From Planctomycetota bacterium (GTDB lineage: Bacteria; Planctomycetota; B15-G4; SIAN01), in the NCBI GenBank assembly GCA_031409275.1, contig JANNXA010000051.1:1-64000 (forward strand): 64,000 nt of DNA, in the 5' to 3' direction. Shown here in pieces: positions 19,430 through 30,853 of the stretch; position 1 is the first letter of the stretch; each line of letters opens with the position of its first letter. The translations under genes were made by a program, and so were the position numbers. The notes beneath the pieces were generated by a model. That model searched no databases. It was not told the origin of the DNA and saw only the letters and a program-made list of their open reading frames with translations.

Positions 19430-20516
19430 GTCCCGTCTCCTTGCCTTGGCGCGCGGCGCGCCACGCAGCCACCGCTGCGTCGCTGACGTCCACGCCCCGC
19501 AAGTGGCGCGCGGCCTCCTCGGGCGGCGTCGAGTTGATGTAGAAGCCGGTCCCCCACTCGAAGCCCGCCACGGCCGTCAGCCGCGGGTAGATGATCAGCT
19601 GCCAATGGAAGTCGTAGCGCAGCGTGTCCCAGAAGCCGCTGCGGCGCGGCACGGCATGCAGGTTGGGCTCGGCGTGCAGCACGAAGTTGAACGGCGGATC
19701 TCCGAGCCCCATCCGCACGCGCAGCAACGCGTCCTTCACCGCGCGCGCCATGGCGTCGGCCTCGTGGCGGGTGAGTTCGGCGAAGCTCCAGCGATGCTCC
19801 TTCGGCGCCACCATCAGCTCGAAGGGGAAGCGCGACGCGTAAGGCGCGAAGGTGAGGAATCCCCCTTCGTCGCGCACGACGCGGCTGCCGTCATGGCGCT
19901 CGTGCTGCAGCAGATCGCAGAAGAGGCAGCGCTCCTTGCGCTTGAAATGCTCGCGATAGGCGTCGAGCTTGCGACTGATGCGGATCGGATTCACCGGCGT
20001 CGCGATGAGCTGGCTGTGCGCGTGGTCGAGCGTCGCGCCGGCCGGGGCGCCGCGGTTCTTGAACAGCAGCACGTACTTCATGCGCGTGTCGCGGTAGAGG
20101 TCGATCAGGCGGTCGCGCCAGCACAGCAGCACGTCGCGAACCTGCGCCGCATCGAGGTCGGAGAGGTCCTGGTCGTGCGACGGCGTCTCGACGATCACCT
20201 CGTGCGCCCCGACGCCGCGCATCGCGTCGTACGGTCCGTCGGCGTGCTGCCCGTGCGGCCCCTCGACGTTCAGCGACGGGAACTGGTTGGCGAAGACGCG
20301 CACTCGCCACCCCGGTCCGTTGGCGTGGCCGCCCGGATCGCGCACCGCGAGGATCTCCGGCGGCGTCAACGCCTCGTGGCCGGGGCAGAAGGGGCAGGGA
20401 TCGACCGCTTCGAGCGTCTCGTGCGCCAGTCCGAGCGCGCCGCGCGGACGGCGCGAGCGTTCGGGCGCGATGATCACCCAGCGTTGGTCGAGCGGATCGC
20501 GGCGCAGCTCCGACAC
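19416..20516 (-). CDS. galT: GalT-family (HIT superfamily) nucleotidyltransferase
   Basis: ELRRDP...WVIIAPERSRRP, CPFCPG, GATLDHAHSQ (HxHxQ), CLFC, AGFEWGTG. Confidence 0.88.
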   Translation of the reverse strand: MSELRRDPLDQRWVIIAPERSRRPRGALGLAHETLEAVDPCPFCPGHEALTPPEILAVRDPGGHANGPGWRVRVFANQFPSLNVEGPHGQHADGPYDAMRGVGAHEVIVETPSHDQDLSDLDAAQVRDVLLCWRDRLIDLYRDTRMKYVLLFKNRGAPAGATLDHAHSQLIATPVNPIRISRKLDAYREHFKRKERCLFCDLLQHERHDGSRVVRDEGGFLTFAPYASRFPFELMVAPKEHRWSFAELTRHEADAMARAVKDALLRVRMGLGDPPFNFVLHAEPNLHAVPRRSGFWDTLRYDFHWQLIIYPRLTAVAGFEWGTGFYINSTPPEEAARHLRGVDVSDAAVAAWRAARQGKETGHAAH

Positions 20517-20540
20517 GGGGATCTCCTCCAGCGAACGGAC

Positions 20541-22682
20541 TCAGGAAACCGGCGGCGATGGCGCGATCGCGCGCAGCCGCACCAGCAACCGCCACGGCTC
20601 GCCGAGCGTCGCCGCGGCGTCGTACGCCAGCAGCAGCGCGGTGCCCTGCAGGCAGGTGTCGACGCCGGACTCCGAACGTGACACGGTGCGAATCGGCGCG
20701 AGTCGGCCGCGGAACGGCCGCGACGACTCGATCCGGAAGCGACCGCGCTCGTCGACGAGTTCGAGCCACTCGCCCTCGAAGGCCGTCTCGCTGCCCGCCT
20801 CCAACGCGCGCCCATCGGCGAGATGGAAGCGCCGCTCGACGAGTCCGGCGCCAGGCACCGACAAGTCGAAGCGCAGCGTGGCGATGCAGGGCGCGAGCGC
20901 GCGCCCGCCCGCCGTCAAGACAACGCTCGCCTCGAGCGTTCCGTCGTCGTGCAGCTCGAAGCTGCGCGTGAGGTCGAGGCGGGCGCCGCGCCCCGCCGGC
21001 AGCGTCGCCGCGAGGTCGACCCGCGCGCGATCGGCAATCAGCGGTCGCGAGAGCCGCAAGCGTGCCAACGCGACGCCGTGCAGGTCGGGGCCGCGCGTCT
21101 CGATCAGCTCGGTGAGGTCGGTGCGCGGCGGCGCCAGCTCGAAGGCGAAGAGGCCGCGCGGCCGCTCGTCGTAACGCAGCATCTGGTCGGCGTCCGCCAG
21201 CGCGAGCTTCTGGTCGTGGATGCTCCTCGGCGCCCCATCGGCCTGCGCGGCATCTCCCGCGTGGCGCAGCTCTTCGTGGTACGCCTCGGGTCGCCGGCCC
21301 AGCACGTTGGTCAGGTTGCGCCGCGTCGGCCAATGGTCGAGCAGTTCGAGCAGGCCGCCGCGCGCCGGCGCGATCCACGCCGACCAGCCGTGCCCATCGA
21401 GCACGACCTCGTCCTCGCCGTCGCAGTCGACATCGACCTGCGCCGAGGAGTTCGCCCCCTCATGGTCACCGCGCAACGCCTCGAGCCGCGCGCGCGCTTC
21501 GAGCAGCTCGTCGACCAGCGCGTCCCGCAGGAACGGCAGGTAGAGGCCGCCGAAGACGCCGTGCCAGTAGGCGCAGTTGCATTGCCCGCGAAACAGCGCG
21601 CGCACCGCGGGATGGAGCTGCGCCAGCGAACTCATCCCTTCGGGCGGCCGCAATCCGAAGGCGCGCGTCTGTTCGGAGAGGCGGACCATGCGCTGTTCGA
21701 GGCGGTTGGCCTCGGGATAGCGCGCGAGGAAGTTGCGCCACGTGGCGCCCCGCACGAACGGCTTCGCTTCCTGCTCGAGACCGAGCGACGCCAGCTTCTT
21801 CACCAGCGCATCGAGCGCGATCTGCGCCGGAGGCGGCAGCGACCAGTGGCCCATCTCGAAGTACGAGGAGGTCGGCAAGTAGACGCGACCGCTCGTCGGC
21901 AGCGCGCGCTCCGCTTCGGCCAGCGTCGTCGGCTGCAGCCAGTCGCGATTCTCTTCGAGCGCGGTGAGGAGCTGCTCGAGCCAACCGGCGCCGAAGACCC
22001 ACTCCGCCGTGCCCGGCCAGAGGCCGAACTTCTCGCCATCGTCGCCGAAGACCAGCAGCCGCTGACCGGCCGCGTGGCGTGCCTTCAGGAACTCGAGGAT
22101 CTCGGGCACCGGCTTGAACGGGATCAGGTAGCGCAGCGCCTGGCTGATCGGGAAGAGCTTCACGACCTGGCCCTGATCCTCGGTCGCGTAGGCGCCATCG
22201 AGCGACTCGATCGCGAGGCCCGCCCCCTCGAAGTGGGTGTCGTCGACGAGCACCGACCGGATCCCGGCCGGCACGAGGTCGGAGGGCAGCGTCGGCTCCC
22301 AGACGCGCTCGGTGAGCCAGAGGCTGTTCACCTCGGCACCGAAGCTGCTCTTCAGCCATTCGCGATGGAGACGCACCTGGTCGATGCGATCGCGGCGCGG
22401 GATCGCCGGCAGGATCGGCTCGTAGAGCCCCGAGGCCATGAGTTCGACCTGTCCGCGCTTCACGGCGGCGGCGACCAGCGCGACGAGGTCGCGCGCGTGC
22501 ACCTCCCACCACTCGAGCAGCGGGCCCGAGACGTGGAGGACGAAGGGGACCTTCGGGTGGCGCGCGAGCGCCTCCAGCAGCGGCCGATAGGAACCGGCCG
22601 TCGCCTTCTCGATCACCCAGCCGAAGTTGCCGATCGGCTGGTGGCAATGAAGCGCCAGGACGAGGCGCATCGCCTCCGCCAT
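20541..22682 (-). CDS. GH57 4-alpha-glucanotransferase / alpha-amylase
   Basis: HCHQP, WLTERVWEP, GDDGEKFG, QCNCAYWHG motifs. Confidence 0.9.
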   Translation of the reverse strand: MAEAMRLVLALHCHQPIGNFGWVIEKATAGSYRPLLEALARHPKVPFVLHVSGPLLEWWEVHARDLVALVAAAVKRGQVELMASGLYEPILPAIPRRDRIDQVRLHREWLKSSFGAEVNSLWLTERVWEPTLPSDLVPAGIRSVLVDDTHFEGAGLAIESLDGAYATEDQGQVVKLFPISQALRYLIPFKPVPEILEFLKARHAAGQRLLVFGDDGEKFGLWPGTAEWVFGAGWLEQLLTALEENRDWLQPTTLAEAERALPTSGRVYLPTSSYFEMGHWSLPPPAQIALDALVKKLASLGLEQEAKPFVRGATWRNFLARYPEANRLEQRMVRLSEQTRAFGLRPPEGMSSLAQLHPAVRALFRGQCNCAYWHGVFGGLYLPFLRDALVDELLEARARLEALRGDHEGANSSAQVDVDCDGEDEVVLDGHGWSAWIAPARGGLLELLDHWPTRRNLTNVLGRRPEAYHEELRHAGDAAQADGAPRSIHDQKLALADADQMLRYDERPRGLFAFELAPPRTDLTELIETRGPDLHGVALARLRLSRPLIADRARVDLAATLPAGRGARLDLTRSFELHDDGTLEASVVLTAGGRALAPCIATLRFDLSVPGAGLVERRFHLADGRALEAGSETAFEGEWLELVDERGRFRIESSRPFRGRLAPIRTVSRSESGVDTCLQGTALLLAYDAAATLGEPWRLLVRLRAIAPSPPVS

Positions 22683-22713
22683 CACCCGCTCCCCTGTCGA
22701 CCCGAACGCACGG

Positions 22714-24777
22714 TCAAACGTACCAACGCGCCGCCTCGAATTCGCGGTCGGCGACGCGCAGCCGCGCCAGACGCCCGCCCGGCCAGTGCAGCACCTCGCC
22801 ATCCTCGGTCTCGAACTCGACGCGGAAACGCAGCGTGGAACCTTCGGTCGCGCCGAGGTCCTGCAGCGCGATCTCGAAGCGCAGCCACGGCAACTGCCAG
22901 CTCGGCGAGTCGAGCACGCTGTCGAAGCCGCGGGTCTGCGGCTCGACGAAGAAGATGCGCCCCTTCGCCAGCGGCGCCTCGCGTTCGACCGCGATGTGAA
23001 TCACGCCTTTCTCGAAGCCGAACAGGAGTCGGCGCGCCACTCGCCGCGCGCGCGTCATCGAGCCGCCCGACGCCTGCAGCTCGAACCAACCGGCCGACTG
23101 CCACTCGAAGAGGTCCTCGGGCCCGCCACGCGGCCGCACCGTCTCCAACGGATCGCGCGCCGGTCGCAGGTCCTCGCGCCGCGCGTCGGGCGGCGGCAGC
23201 GGCGGCGCCTCGCGTCCGGCGGCACGGAAGACGACCCGCAAGTGCGCGTGGAACAGCCCTTCGAAGAGGTCGCGCTGCGCCGTGAAGTGGTCGTCGCCGA
23301 ACCACCAGTACCAGTCGCTGCCTTCGAGCGCACGCAGCGACGCCGCGACCGGCGCCGGCAGGGACGCGAGCGGCTGGCCGGCGTAGAGCTCGCGCGCCTG
23401 CGCCAGCAGGCGCCAGCCATCGAGCTTCTCGCGCTGACCGGCCCAGGTGTCGAGGTTGCCGCCGATCCACGATCCCTTCGCGACCCGCGTCAGGCGACCG
23501 ACGCCGCGCACCGCGTCGGCACGCGCCAACGCCTCGCTCATCGTGACCATGCGCAGACGCGGATGGCGCGAGAGCTCGCGGTAGAGCGCGGTCAGGAATG
23601 GCTCGCCCGCGCCCGGGTAGCTCTCCCACGGATTTTCGCCGTCGAGGATCAGCGCGGCGACCGGCTCCTCGTGAGCGACGCTGCCGCGGACCTCGTCGAG
23701 GCGACGCGTCAGATCGTTCGCCGCGGAGTCGGCCGGCCAGCTCTGGTACTGGAAGCCGATGCGGTCGGAAAGCTCGTGGTCGCGGAAGAAGAGCGCGAGG
23801 TCCCCTTCCGGCGTTGCGAAGCGGTGCGGGCGGTAGAGCTCGTCGCGTCCCGCCGACGCGCCCGTCAACGAACCGAAGAGGAGCGCTTCGTCGGACGCCG
23901 CCCACGCCAACTTCGCGCGCGCCAGCTCGCGCAACGCCGCTTCCGAGATCGCCCCTTCGGCCGGCCACATGCCGCGTGGCGGCGCGCCGAATCGCGCTTC
24001 GAAGCTCGCGACGGCGCGCCCGACGTGGTCCGCCGCGTCGAGCGGCTGCTCGAAGGTGAACGGGGCGTCGAGGCCGCCCGACTGCGGAAACTCATGCGAA
24101 TCGAGCCGACACAGCAGCGGCAGGATCGGGTGCTGGTCGGGCGTCGTCGACAGCTCGACCTGCCCGCTCTTCGCCAGCAGGCGCAGCCGCGGCAGCAGCG
24201 ACGCGATCTCCTCGCGATGCAACGCCAGGAGCGTTTCGAGGTCGGCGTGATCGAAGCCGCGGCCCTTCTGCATCAGCGCGACGATCTCGGGACGGCGGCG
24301 CAGCCGAAAGCCGCTCCACGCCAGGTGGAACAGCACCGCAAGGTCCAGCAGGTCGGTGTCGGAGAGGAGCAGTCGCCCCTCGCCCTTCAGCGCCGGCTCG
24401 CAGCGCTGCAGCAGTTCGAGGTAGCGCGGCAGCGGCGTGACCATGTGCTGGCGGTTCGCGCTGAAGAGCAGCGCCGCGAGCCCCACCCGCTCGCCGTCGT
24501 GCAGCGCCGTCGGCAGGCGCCGGCACAGCGACAGCAGCCGATCCTCGCCCGGCCCGCCCCACGTCGCCACGCAGCGTTCGAGCTGCGCCAGCAGGACCGG
24601 CGTGACGTTCAGCGTCACGCGCGCCGCCGGCTCCGCTTCCAGCGCCGCCAGCATGTCGGAGTAGCCGCGCACGCCATGCATGCGCACCCACGGCAGCACC
24701 GCGGCTCCCTCGTCGGGGTGCACGTAGTCCGGCTGATGGAAGTGCCACAGGAGCGCGACGTTCAGGTGTTCGGCCAT
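22714..24777 (-). CDS. GH57 amylopullulanase-like glycoside hydrolase
   Basis: WHFHQP, HPILPLL, WPAEG, LSDRIGF, LDGENPWE, EGSDWYWW. Confidence 0.9.
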   Translation of the reverse strand: MAEHLNVALLWHFHQPDYVHPDEGAAVLPWVRMHGVRGYSDMLAALEAEPAARVTLNVTPVLLAQLERCVATWGGPGEDRLLSLCRRLPTALHDGERVGLAALLFSANRQHMVTPLPRYLELLQRCEPALKGEGRLLLSDTDLLDLAVLFHLAWSGFRLRRRPEIVALMQKGRGFDHADLETLLALHREEIASLLPRLRLLAKSGQVELSTTPDQHPILPLLCRLDSHEFPQSGGLDAPFTFEQPLDAADHVGRAVASFEARFGAPPRGMWPAEGAISEAALRELARAKLAWAASDEALLFGSLTGASAGRDELYRPHRFATPEGDLALFFRDHELSDRIGFQYQSWPADSAANDLTRRLDEVRGSVAHEEPVAALILDGENPWESYPGAGEPFLTALYRELSRHPRLRMVTMSEALARADAVRGVGRLTRVAKGSWIGGNLDTWAGQREKLDGWRLLAQARELYAGQPLASLPAPVAASLRALEGSDWYWWFGDDHFTAQRDLFEGLFHAHLRVVFRAAGREAPPLPPPDARREDLRPARDPLETVRPRGGPEDLFEWQSAGWFELQASGGSMTRARRVARRLLFGFEKGVIHIAVEREAPLAKGRIFFVEPQTRGFDSVLDSPSWQLPWLRFEIALQDLGATEGSTLRFRVEFETEDGEVLHWPGGRLARLRVADREFEAARWYV

Positions 24778-24823
24778 GCGTCAGCGCTCTCCATTCGCCA
24801 TCCGGTCCGCTCGTCTTCGCGAC

Positions 24824-26227
<1,404 letters not shown>

Positions 26228-26301
26228 GCAGAGGTTCCGGGAGCGGGAGCGCGCAGCCTATCCTCTGGCGTCGTCCTTCCGCCGCTCTTCGGGATCACGG
26301 G

Positions 26302-27411
26302 ATGGCTGCCCCCGACCACCTCCACCGTCCGCGCCGCACCGACCCGCTCGATCAGCTCGGGCGCGAGCTGCTCGTGCAGATCATGCAGGAGATCACGCGC
26401 GACGCGGTGCTGACCATCGACCGCGACGGCTGCATCACGAGCTGGAACCAGGGGGCCGAGCTGCTGCTCGGCTTCACCGCCGACGAAGTGATCGGTCGCC
26501 ACTTCGAGTTCCTGCTGCCCGAGGAGCTGAAGCGCGCCGGCGAAGTCGCGCGCCTGCAGGAGGCGACCGAACCGGACGGTTTCCTGCGCGATTGGGAGAC
26601 GCGCCGCCTGACCAAGGATGGCCGCGAGATCCACGTCGCACTCACCCGCATGCACCAGCTCGATCTGCAGGGGCGGCCGCTCGGCGCCACCGCGATCCTG
26701 CGCGACATCACCGCGCGCAAGGAGCTGGAGGACGAGCTGGTGCGCGCGCGCACCCTGGCGGCGATCGGCGAGGCGGCGGCGCGCATCGCGCATGAGATCC
26801 GCAACCCGCTGACCGGCATCCACAACGCCATCACGCTGCTGGCCGGCGACTTCGAGAGCGGCCATCCGCGCCAGGCGCTCTGCACCGAGGTGCAGCACGA
26901 GATCCGCCGCGTCGACGTCGTGCTCGACGACCTGCTCACCTTCGCGCGCCATCGCCCGCTGTCGCGCCAGCGCATCGACCTCGTGCGCATGCTGGAGAAG
27001 GTGCTCGCGAACCTGATCGCGGCCAGCGAGCTCGATGGCGTGGTGGTGCGCCGCTACTTCCCCGACGAGCTCGTCGTCGCCGCCGACCCGAGCATGATCG
27101 AGGACTCCCTGTTCAACCTGGTGCAGAACGCCGCGCACGCGCTCCACGGCCGCGTCGACGCCACGCTGACGGTCGCGCTCAAGTCGGGCCCCAAAGGGGT
27201 CGCCATCACCGTCACCGACAACGGCCCCGGGATCGCCCGCGACGTGCGCCGCAAGATCTTCGACCCCTTCTTCACCACGAAGTCGCACGGCACCGGACTA
27301 GGCCTCCCCATCACCAAGAAGCACATCGAGGCGCATGGCGGGCGGCTGCGCGTCCGCTCGGCGCCCGACCGCCGCACGACGTTCGAGATCCTGCTTCCAC
27401 CGGCGAGCTGA
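26302..27411 (+). CDS. Cytoplasmic PAS histidine kinase
   Basis: PAS (SWNQGAELLLGF), AHEIRNP, DNGPG, FFTTK, GTGLGL; no TM. Confidence 0.93.
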   Translation: MAAPDHLHRPRRTDPLDQLGRELLVQIMQEITRDAVLTIDRDGCITSWNQGAELLLGFTADEVIGRHFEFLLPEELKRAGEVARLQEATEPDGFLRDWETRRLTKDGREIHVALTRMHQLDLQGRPLGATAILRDITARKELEDELVRARTLAAIGEAAARIAHEIRNPLTGIHNAITLLAGDFESGHPRQALCTEVQHEIRRVDVVLDDLLTFARHRPLSRQRIDLVRMLEKVLANLIAASELDGVVVRRYFPDELVVAADPSMIEDSLFNLVQNAAHALHGRVDATLTVALKSGPKGVAITVTDNGPGIARDVRRKIFDPFFTTKSHGTGLGLPITKKHIEAHGGRLRVRSAPDRRTTFEILLPPAS

Positions 27412-27413
27412 CC

Positions 27414-28862
27414 ATGGACCGACCGTCGCGCTTCGAACTCTGGATCGGCGGGCGCTTCGTGCCGGCCAGCCGCCACGTCGAAGTGGTGACCCCCTACGAC
27501 GGCGTCCCCTTCGCGACCGTCGCGCGCGCCACGCTCGCCGAGCTCGAACTCGCCATCGCGGCCGCCGTCGCCGCGCGGCCGCTCGCCGCCGCGTTGACCG
27601 CATGGGAGCGCAGCAAGATCCTGCGCGGTGCCGCGGCGCGCATCGAGGCGAACCAGCCTCTGTTCGCGCAGACCATCGCGCTCGAGAGCGGCAAGCCGCT
27701 GCGCGAGGCGCAAGGCGAAGTCGAGCGGGCGGTGCAGACGCTCGAGTTCTCCGCCGAGGAGGCGCGACGGCTGCACGGCGAGACACTCCCGCTCGACGCC
27801 CATCCGGGAGGCAAAGGGCGCAGCGGCTTCACGTTGCGCGTCCCGCGTGGCGTGATCGGCTGCATCACGCCGTTCAACTTCCCGCTGAACCTCGTCGCGC
27901 ACAAAGTCGGCCCCGCGCTCGCCGCCGGCAACACGGTGGTGGTGAAGCCCGCCGAAGAGACCCCCTGCTCCGCCTTCCTGTTGGCGCAAGCGCTGCAGGA
28001 CGCGGGCTGCCCACCCGGCGTCGTGAACGTGGTGCCCGGCGACGGGGCCGAGATCGGCGAGCCGCTCGCGCAGCATCGCGACGTGGCGATGCTCTCCTTC
28101 ACCGGTTCGCGCGCGGTCGGCTTGCGCCTGCGCGCCATCGCGGGCCTGAAGCCGGTCACGCTCGAACTCGGCGGGAATGCGCCGGTGATCATCGACGACG
28201 GCGCCGATTGGCAGGAAGCGCTCGATCGCCTGGTAGTTGGCGGCTTCGCTCACTCGGGCCAGGCGTGCATCCACTTGCAACGCATCTACGCAACGACGCC
28301 CGCCGTCGCCGCGCAGATCACCGAGGCGCTTGCCGCGCGCGCTCAGGCGCTCAAGATCGGGCCGCCCCTCGATCTTCGCAGCGAAGTGACCAGCCTCATC
28401 CGCGAGCGCGACGTCGTGCGGGTCGGCGGCCTCGTCGAGCAGGCGCGCGCGCGCGGCGCTCGCATCGCGACCGGCGGTTCGCGCCAAGGTCGCGCGACCT
28501 GGCTGCCCACCGTCTTCGACGCGCTCGACGATTCGATGGAGTTCGCGCGCGAGGAGGCGTTCGGGCCGGTCGTCGGCATCGCCGCCGTCGGCAGCTTCGA
28601 GGCGGCGATCGCCGCGGCGAACCGCACGCGCTACGGCCTGCAAGCGGCGTTCTTCACCCGCGACCTCGACCGCGCGCTAGCGGCCGCGGAGCGCCTCGAA
28701 GCGGGCGGCGTCATCATCAACGATGTGCCGAGCTTCCGCGTCGATCAGATGCCCTACGGCGGCATGAAGGAGAGCGGCATGGGCCGCGAAGGACCGCGCT
28801 ACGCCTGCGAAGCAATGAGCGAGTGGAAGACGGTCGTGATCCGTCGGCAGTCGCCGCGATGA
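27414..28862 (+). CDS. Aldehyde dehydrogenase family protein
   Basis: ITPFNFP, FTGS, LELGGN, GQACI, EEAFGP, PYGGMKESG. Confidence 0.95.
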   Translation: MDRPSRFELWIGGRFVPASRHVEVVTPYDGVPFATVARATLAELELAIAAAVAARPLAAALTAWERSKILRGAAARIEANQPLFAQTIALESGKPLREAQGEVERAVQTLEFSAEEARRLHGETLPLDAHPGGKGRSGFTLRVPRGVIGCITPFNFPLNLVAHKVGPALAAGNTVVVKPAEETPCSAFLLAQALQDAGCPPGVVNVVPGDGAEIGEPLAQHRDVAMLSFTGSRAVGLRLRAIAGLKPVTLELGGNAPVIIDDGADWQEALDRLVVGGFAHSGQACIHLQRIYATTPAVAAQITEALAARAQALKIGPPLDLRSEVTSLIRERDVVRVGGLVEQARARGARIATGGSRQGRATWLPTVFDALDDSMEFAREEAFGPVVGIAAVGSFEAAIAAANRTRYGLQAAFFTRDLDRALAAAERLEAGGVIINDVPSFRVDQMPYGGMKESGMGREGPRYACEAMSEWKTVVIRRQSPR

Positions 28863-30841
28863 GGCGGGCCGCTGCGATGAGGTCAAGCGCAGCGCTGCTG
28901 CCACCGCTGGCACTGCTGGTGAGCGTCGCTGTCTTCGGCGCGCGCTCGCAGCAGGAGGCGCCGCCGCAGTACCCCGAAGGCGCGATGGTCGAGCAGCACC
29001 TGCAGATGCTCGCCGACAAGAACGGTCGCTACGGCGCGGCCGATGGCGGCGGCCACGCGCGCGTCGTCGAAGGCAGCGCGGCGGTGGCGGGGCAGAAGGG
29101 GCGCTACCTGCTCGAGTACACCGCCGGCGAACTCGGCGTCGCGGTCGGCGGCGCGCTCTTCCTGCAGATCTCGCCCTTCTGGGGCTGGACGACGCCACAG
29201 ATCGAAAGCCCGCTCGCCGCCGGCTTCACGCGTCTGTCCTGCTCCGATCCGATGGTGAAGCTGGTGGCCGAGACGGTGGCGCCGCAATGCCTGCGCGTGC
29301 GGATCGCCGATGCAGCGCTGACGGCGGGCGCAACGCTCACGATCGACTACGGCGCCGGACCGGAGCAAGCCAACGTCGATCGCTTCGCCGAGTCGGAGGA
29401 GGCGTTCTACTTCTGGGTCGATGGCGATGGCGATGGCACGCGCAAGCTGATCGACCGCGACCCGACCGTCTCCATCGCTGCCGGCCCGCCAACCGATCTG
29501 CTGGTGACGGTGCCCTCCGAAGTCGCGGTGGGCGCCGAATTCGACGTGACGCTCGCTTTCCTCGATGCGGTGGCCAACGCCGCGCCCGACTTCATCGGCG
29601 AAGTGACGCTGACCGGCGCCGGCCTCGAACTGCCCGCCAAGGTCGCCTTCGGTTCGGCGCAGCGCGGCCGCGCTCGTGTGCGCGCCAAGGCGCTCGAAGC
29701 TGGCATCCGCTTCGTCGTCGCCACCGTCGAAGGGCTCGAGAAGGCGAGCAACCCGCTGCTGGTCGGCAAGACGGCGCGCACGCTTCTGTGGGCCGACCTG
29801 CACGGCCACTCGCAGCTCTCCGACGGCACCGCGACGCCCGAGGAGTACTACGACTACGCGCGCCACGTCGCCGCGCTCGACGTCGCCGTGTTGACCGATC
29901 ACGACCATTGGGGCATGCGCAAGCTCGACCAGGAGCCGTCGCTCTTCGCGCGCATCCAGGCGGCGACGCGCGCCGCCGACGATCCGGGCCGCTTCACCAC
30001 GCTGCATGGCCTCGAGTGGACCCACTGGCTCTACGGCCACCGTCACGTGCTGTGGTTCGACGACGCGCCGCAGATGATCTCGAGCCTCGAAGCGGGCAGC
30101 GACACGCCGCAGGGTCTGTGGCAGACGTTGCGCGAGCGAAACGCCAAAGCGATCACCGTCCCCCACCATTCGGGCGGTGGCCCGGTCCCCACCGATTGGA
30201 CGATCGCTCCCGATCCCGACTTTGAGCCGCTCGTGGAGATCGTCTCGGTCCACGGCAGCAGCGAGGAGCCGCGCGGCCCCCGGTCCATCTACGCGCCGCG
30301 CCGCGGCCACTTCGTGCGCGATGCGCTGGCGCGCGGCTACACGCTCGGATTCCTCGGCTCCGGCGATTCGCACAACGGCCACCCCGGCCTCGCTCACCTC
30401 GGGCAACCGTGCGGCGGGCTGACCGCGATCCTCGCCACCGCCAACACGCGCGACGCGATCGCCGTCGCGCTGCACGAGCGCACCTGCTACGCCACCAGCG
30501 GCCCGCGCATCCTGCTCTGGTTTCGCCTCGGCAGCGCGCGCATGGGCGCCGTCCTGCCCGCTCCGAGCGCCAGCGACGCCGCGCGCACCAGCGCCGACGG
30601 CGCCAGCGCGACCACCACCAGCGCGCCGCCCTACCTCGGCCTCGTGATCGCCACAGCGCCCATCAAGAGCTTGGAGATCGTCAAGAACGGCGCGACCGTC
30701 GCGTCCATCGCCGGCGAAGGCGCCTTCGAGAAGAGCCTCGACTGGCGCGACCCCGACCGCCGCGCCGGCGACGCCGTCTACCTGCGCCTGATCCAGGAGG
30801 ACGGCCACGCCGCGTGGTCGAGCCCGATCTTCACGCGGTGA
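28859..30841 (+). CDS. Secreted PHP-like metallohydrolase (DUF3604 / CehA-McbA type)
   Basis: Signal peptide; WADLHGHS..SDG, TDHD, EW, PHH, GDSH, YATSG, AWSSPI; ATGA overlap with the ALDH gene. Confidence 0.8.
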   Translation: MRRAAAMRSSAALLPPLALLVSVAVFGARSQQEAPPQYPEGAMVEQHLQMLADKNGRYGAADGGGHARVVEGSAAVAGQKGRYLLEYTAGELGVAVGGALFLQISPFWGWTTPQIESPLAAGFTRLSCSDPMVKLVAETVAPQCLRVRIADAALTAGATLTIDYGAGPEQANVDRFAESEEAFYFWVDGDGDGTRKLIDRDPTVSIAAGPPTDLLVTVPSEVAVGAEFDVTLAFLDAVANAAPDFIGEVTLTGAGLELPAKVAFGSAQRGRARVRAKALEAGIRFVVATVEGLEKASNPLLVGKTARTLLWADLHGHSQLSDGTATPEEYYDYARHVAALDVAVLTDHDHWGMRKLDQEPSLFARIQAATRAADDPGRFTTLHGLEWTHWLYGHRHVLWFDDAPQMISSLEAGSDTPQGLWQTLRERNAKAITVPHHSGGGPVPTDWTIAPDPDFEPLVEIVSVHGSSEEPRGPRSIYAPRRGHFVRDALARGYTLGFLGSGDSHNGHPGLAHLGQPCGGLTAILATANTRDAIAVALHERTCYATSGPRILLWFRLGSARMGAVLPAPSASDAARTSADGASATTTSAPPYLGLVIATAPIKSLEIVKNGATVASIAGEGAFEKSLDWRDPDRRAGDAVYLRLIQEDGHAAWSSPIFTR

Positions 30842-30853
30842 CGCGCCCCGCCC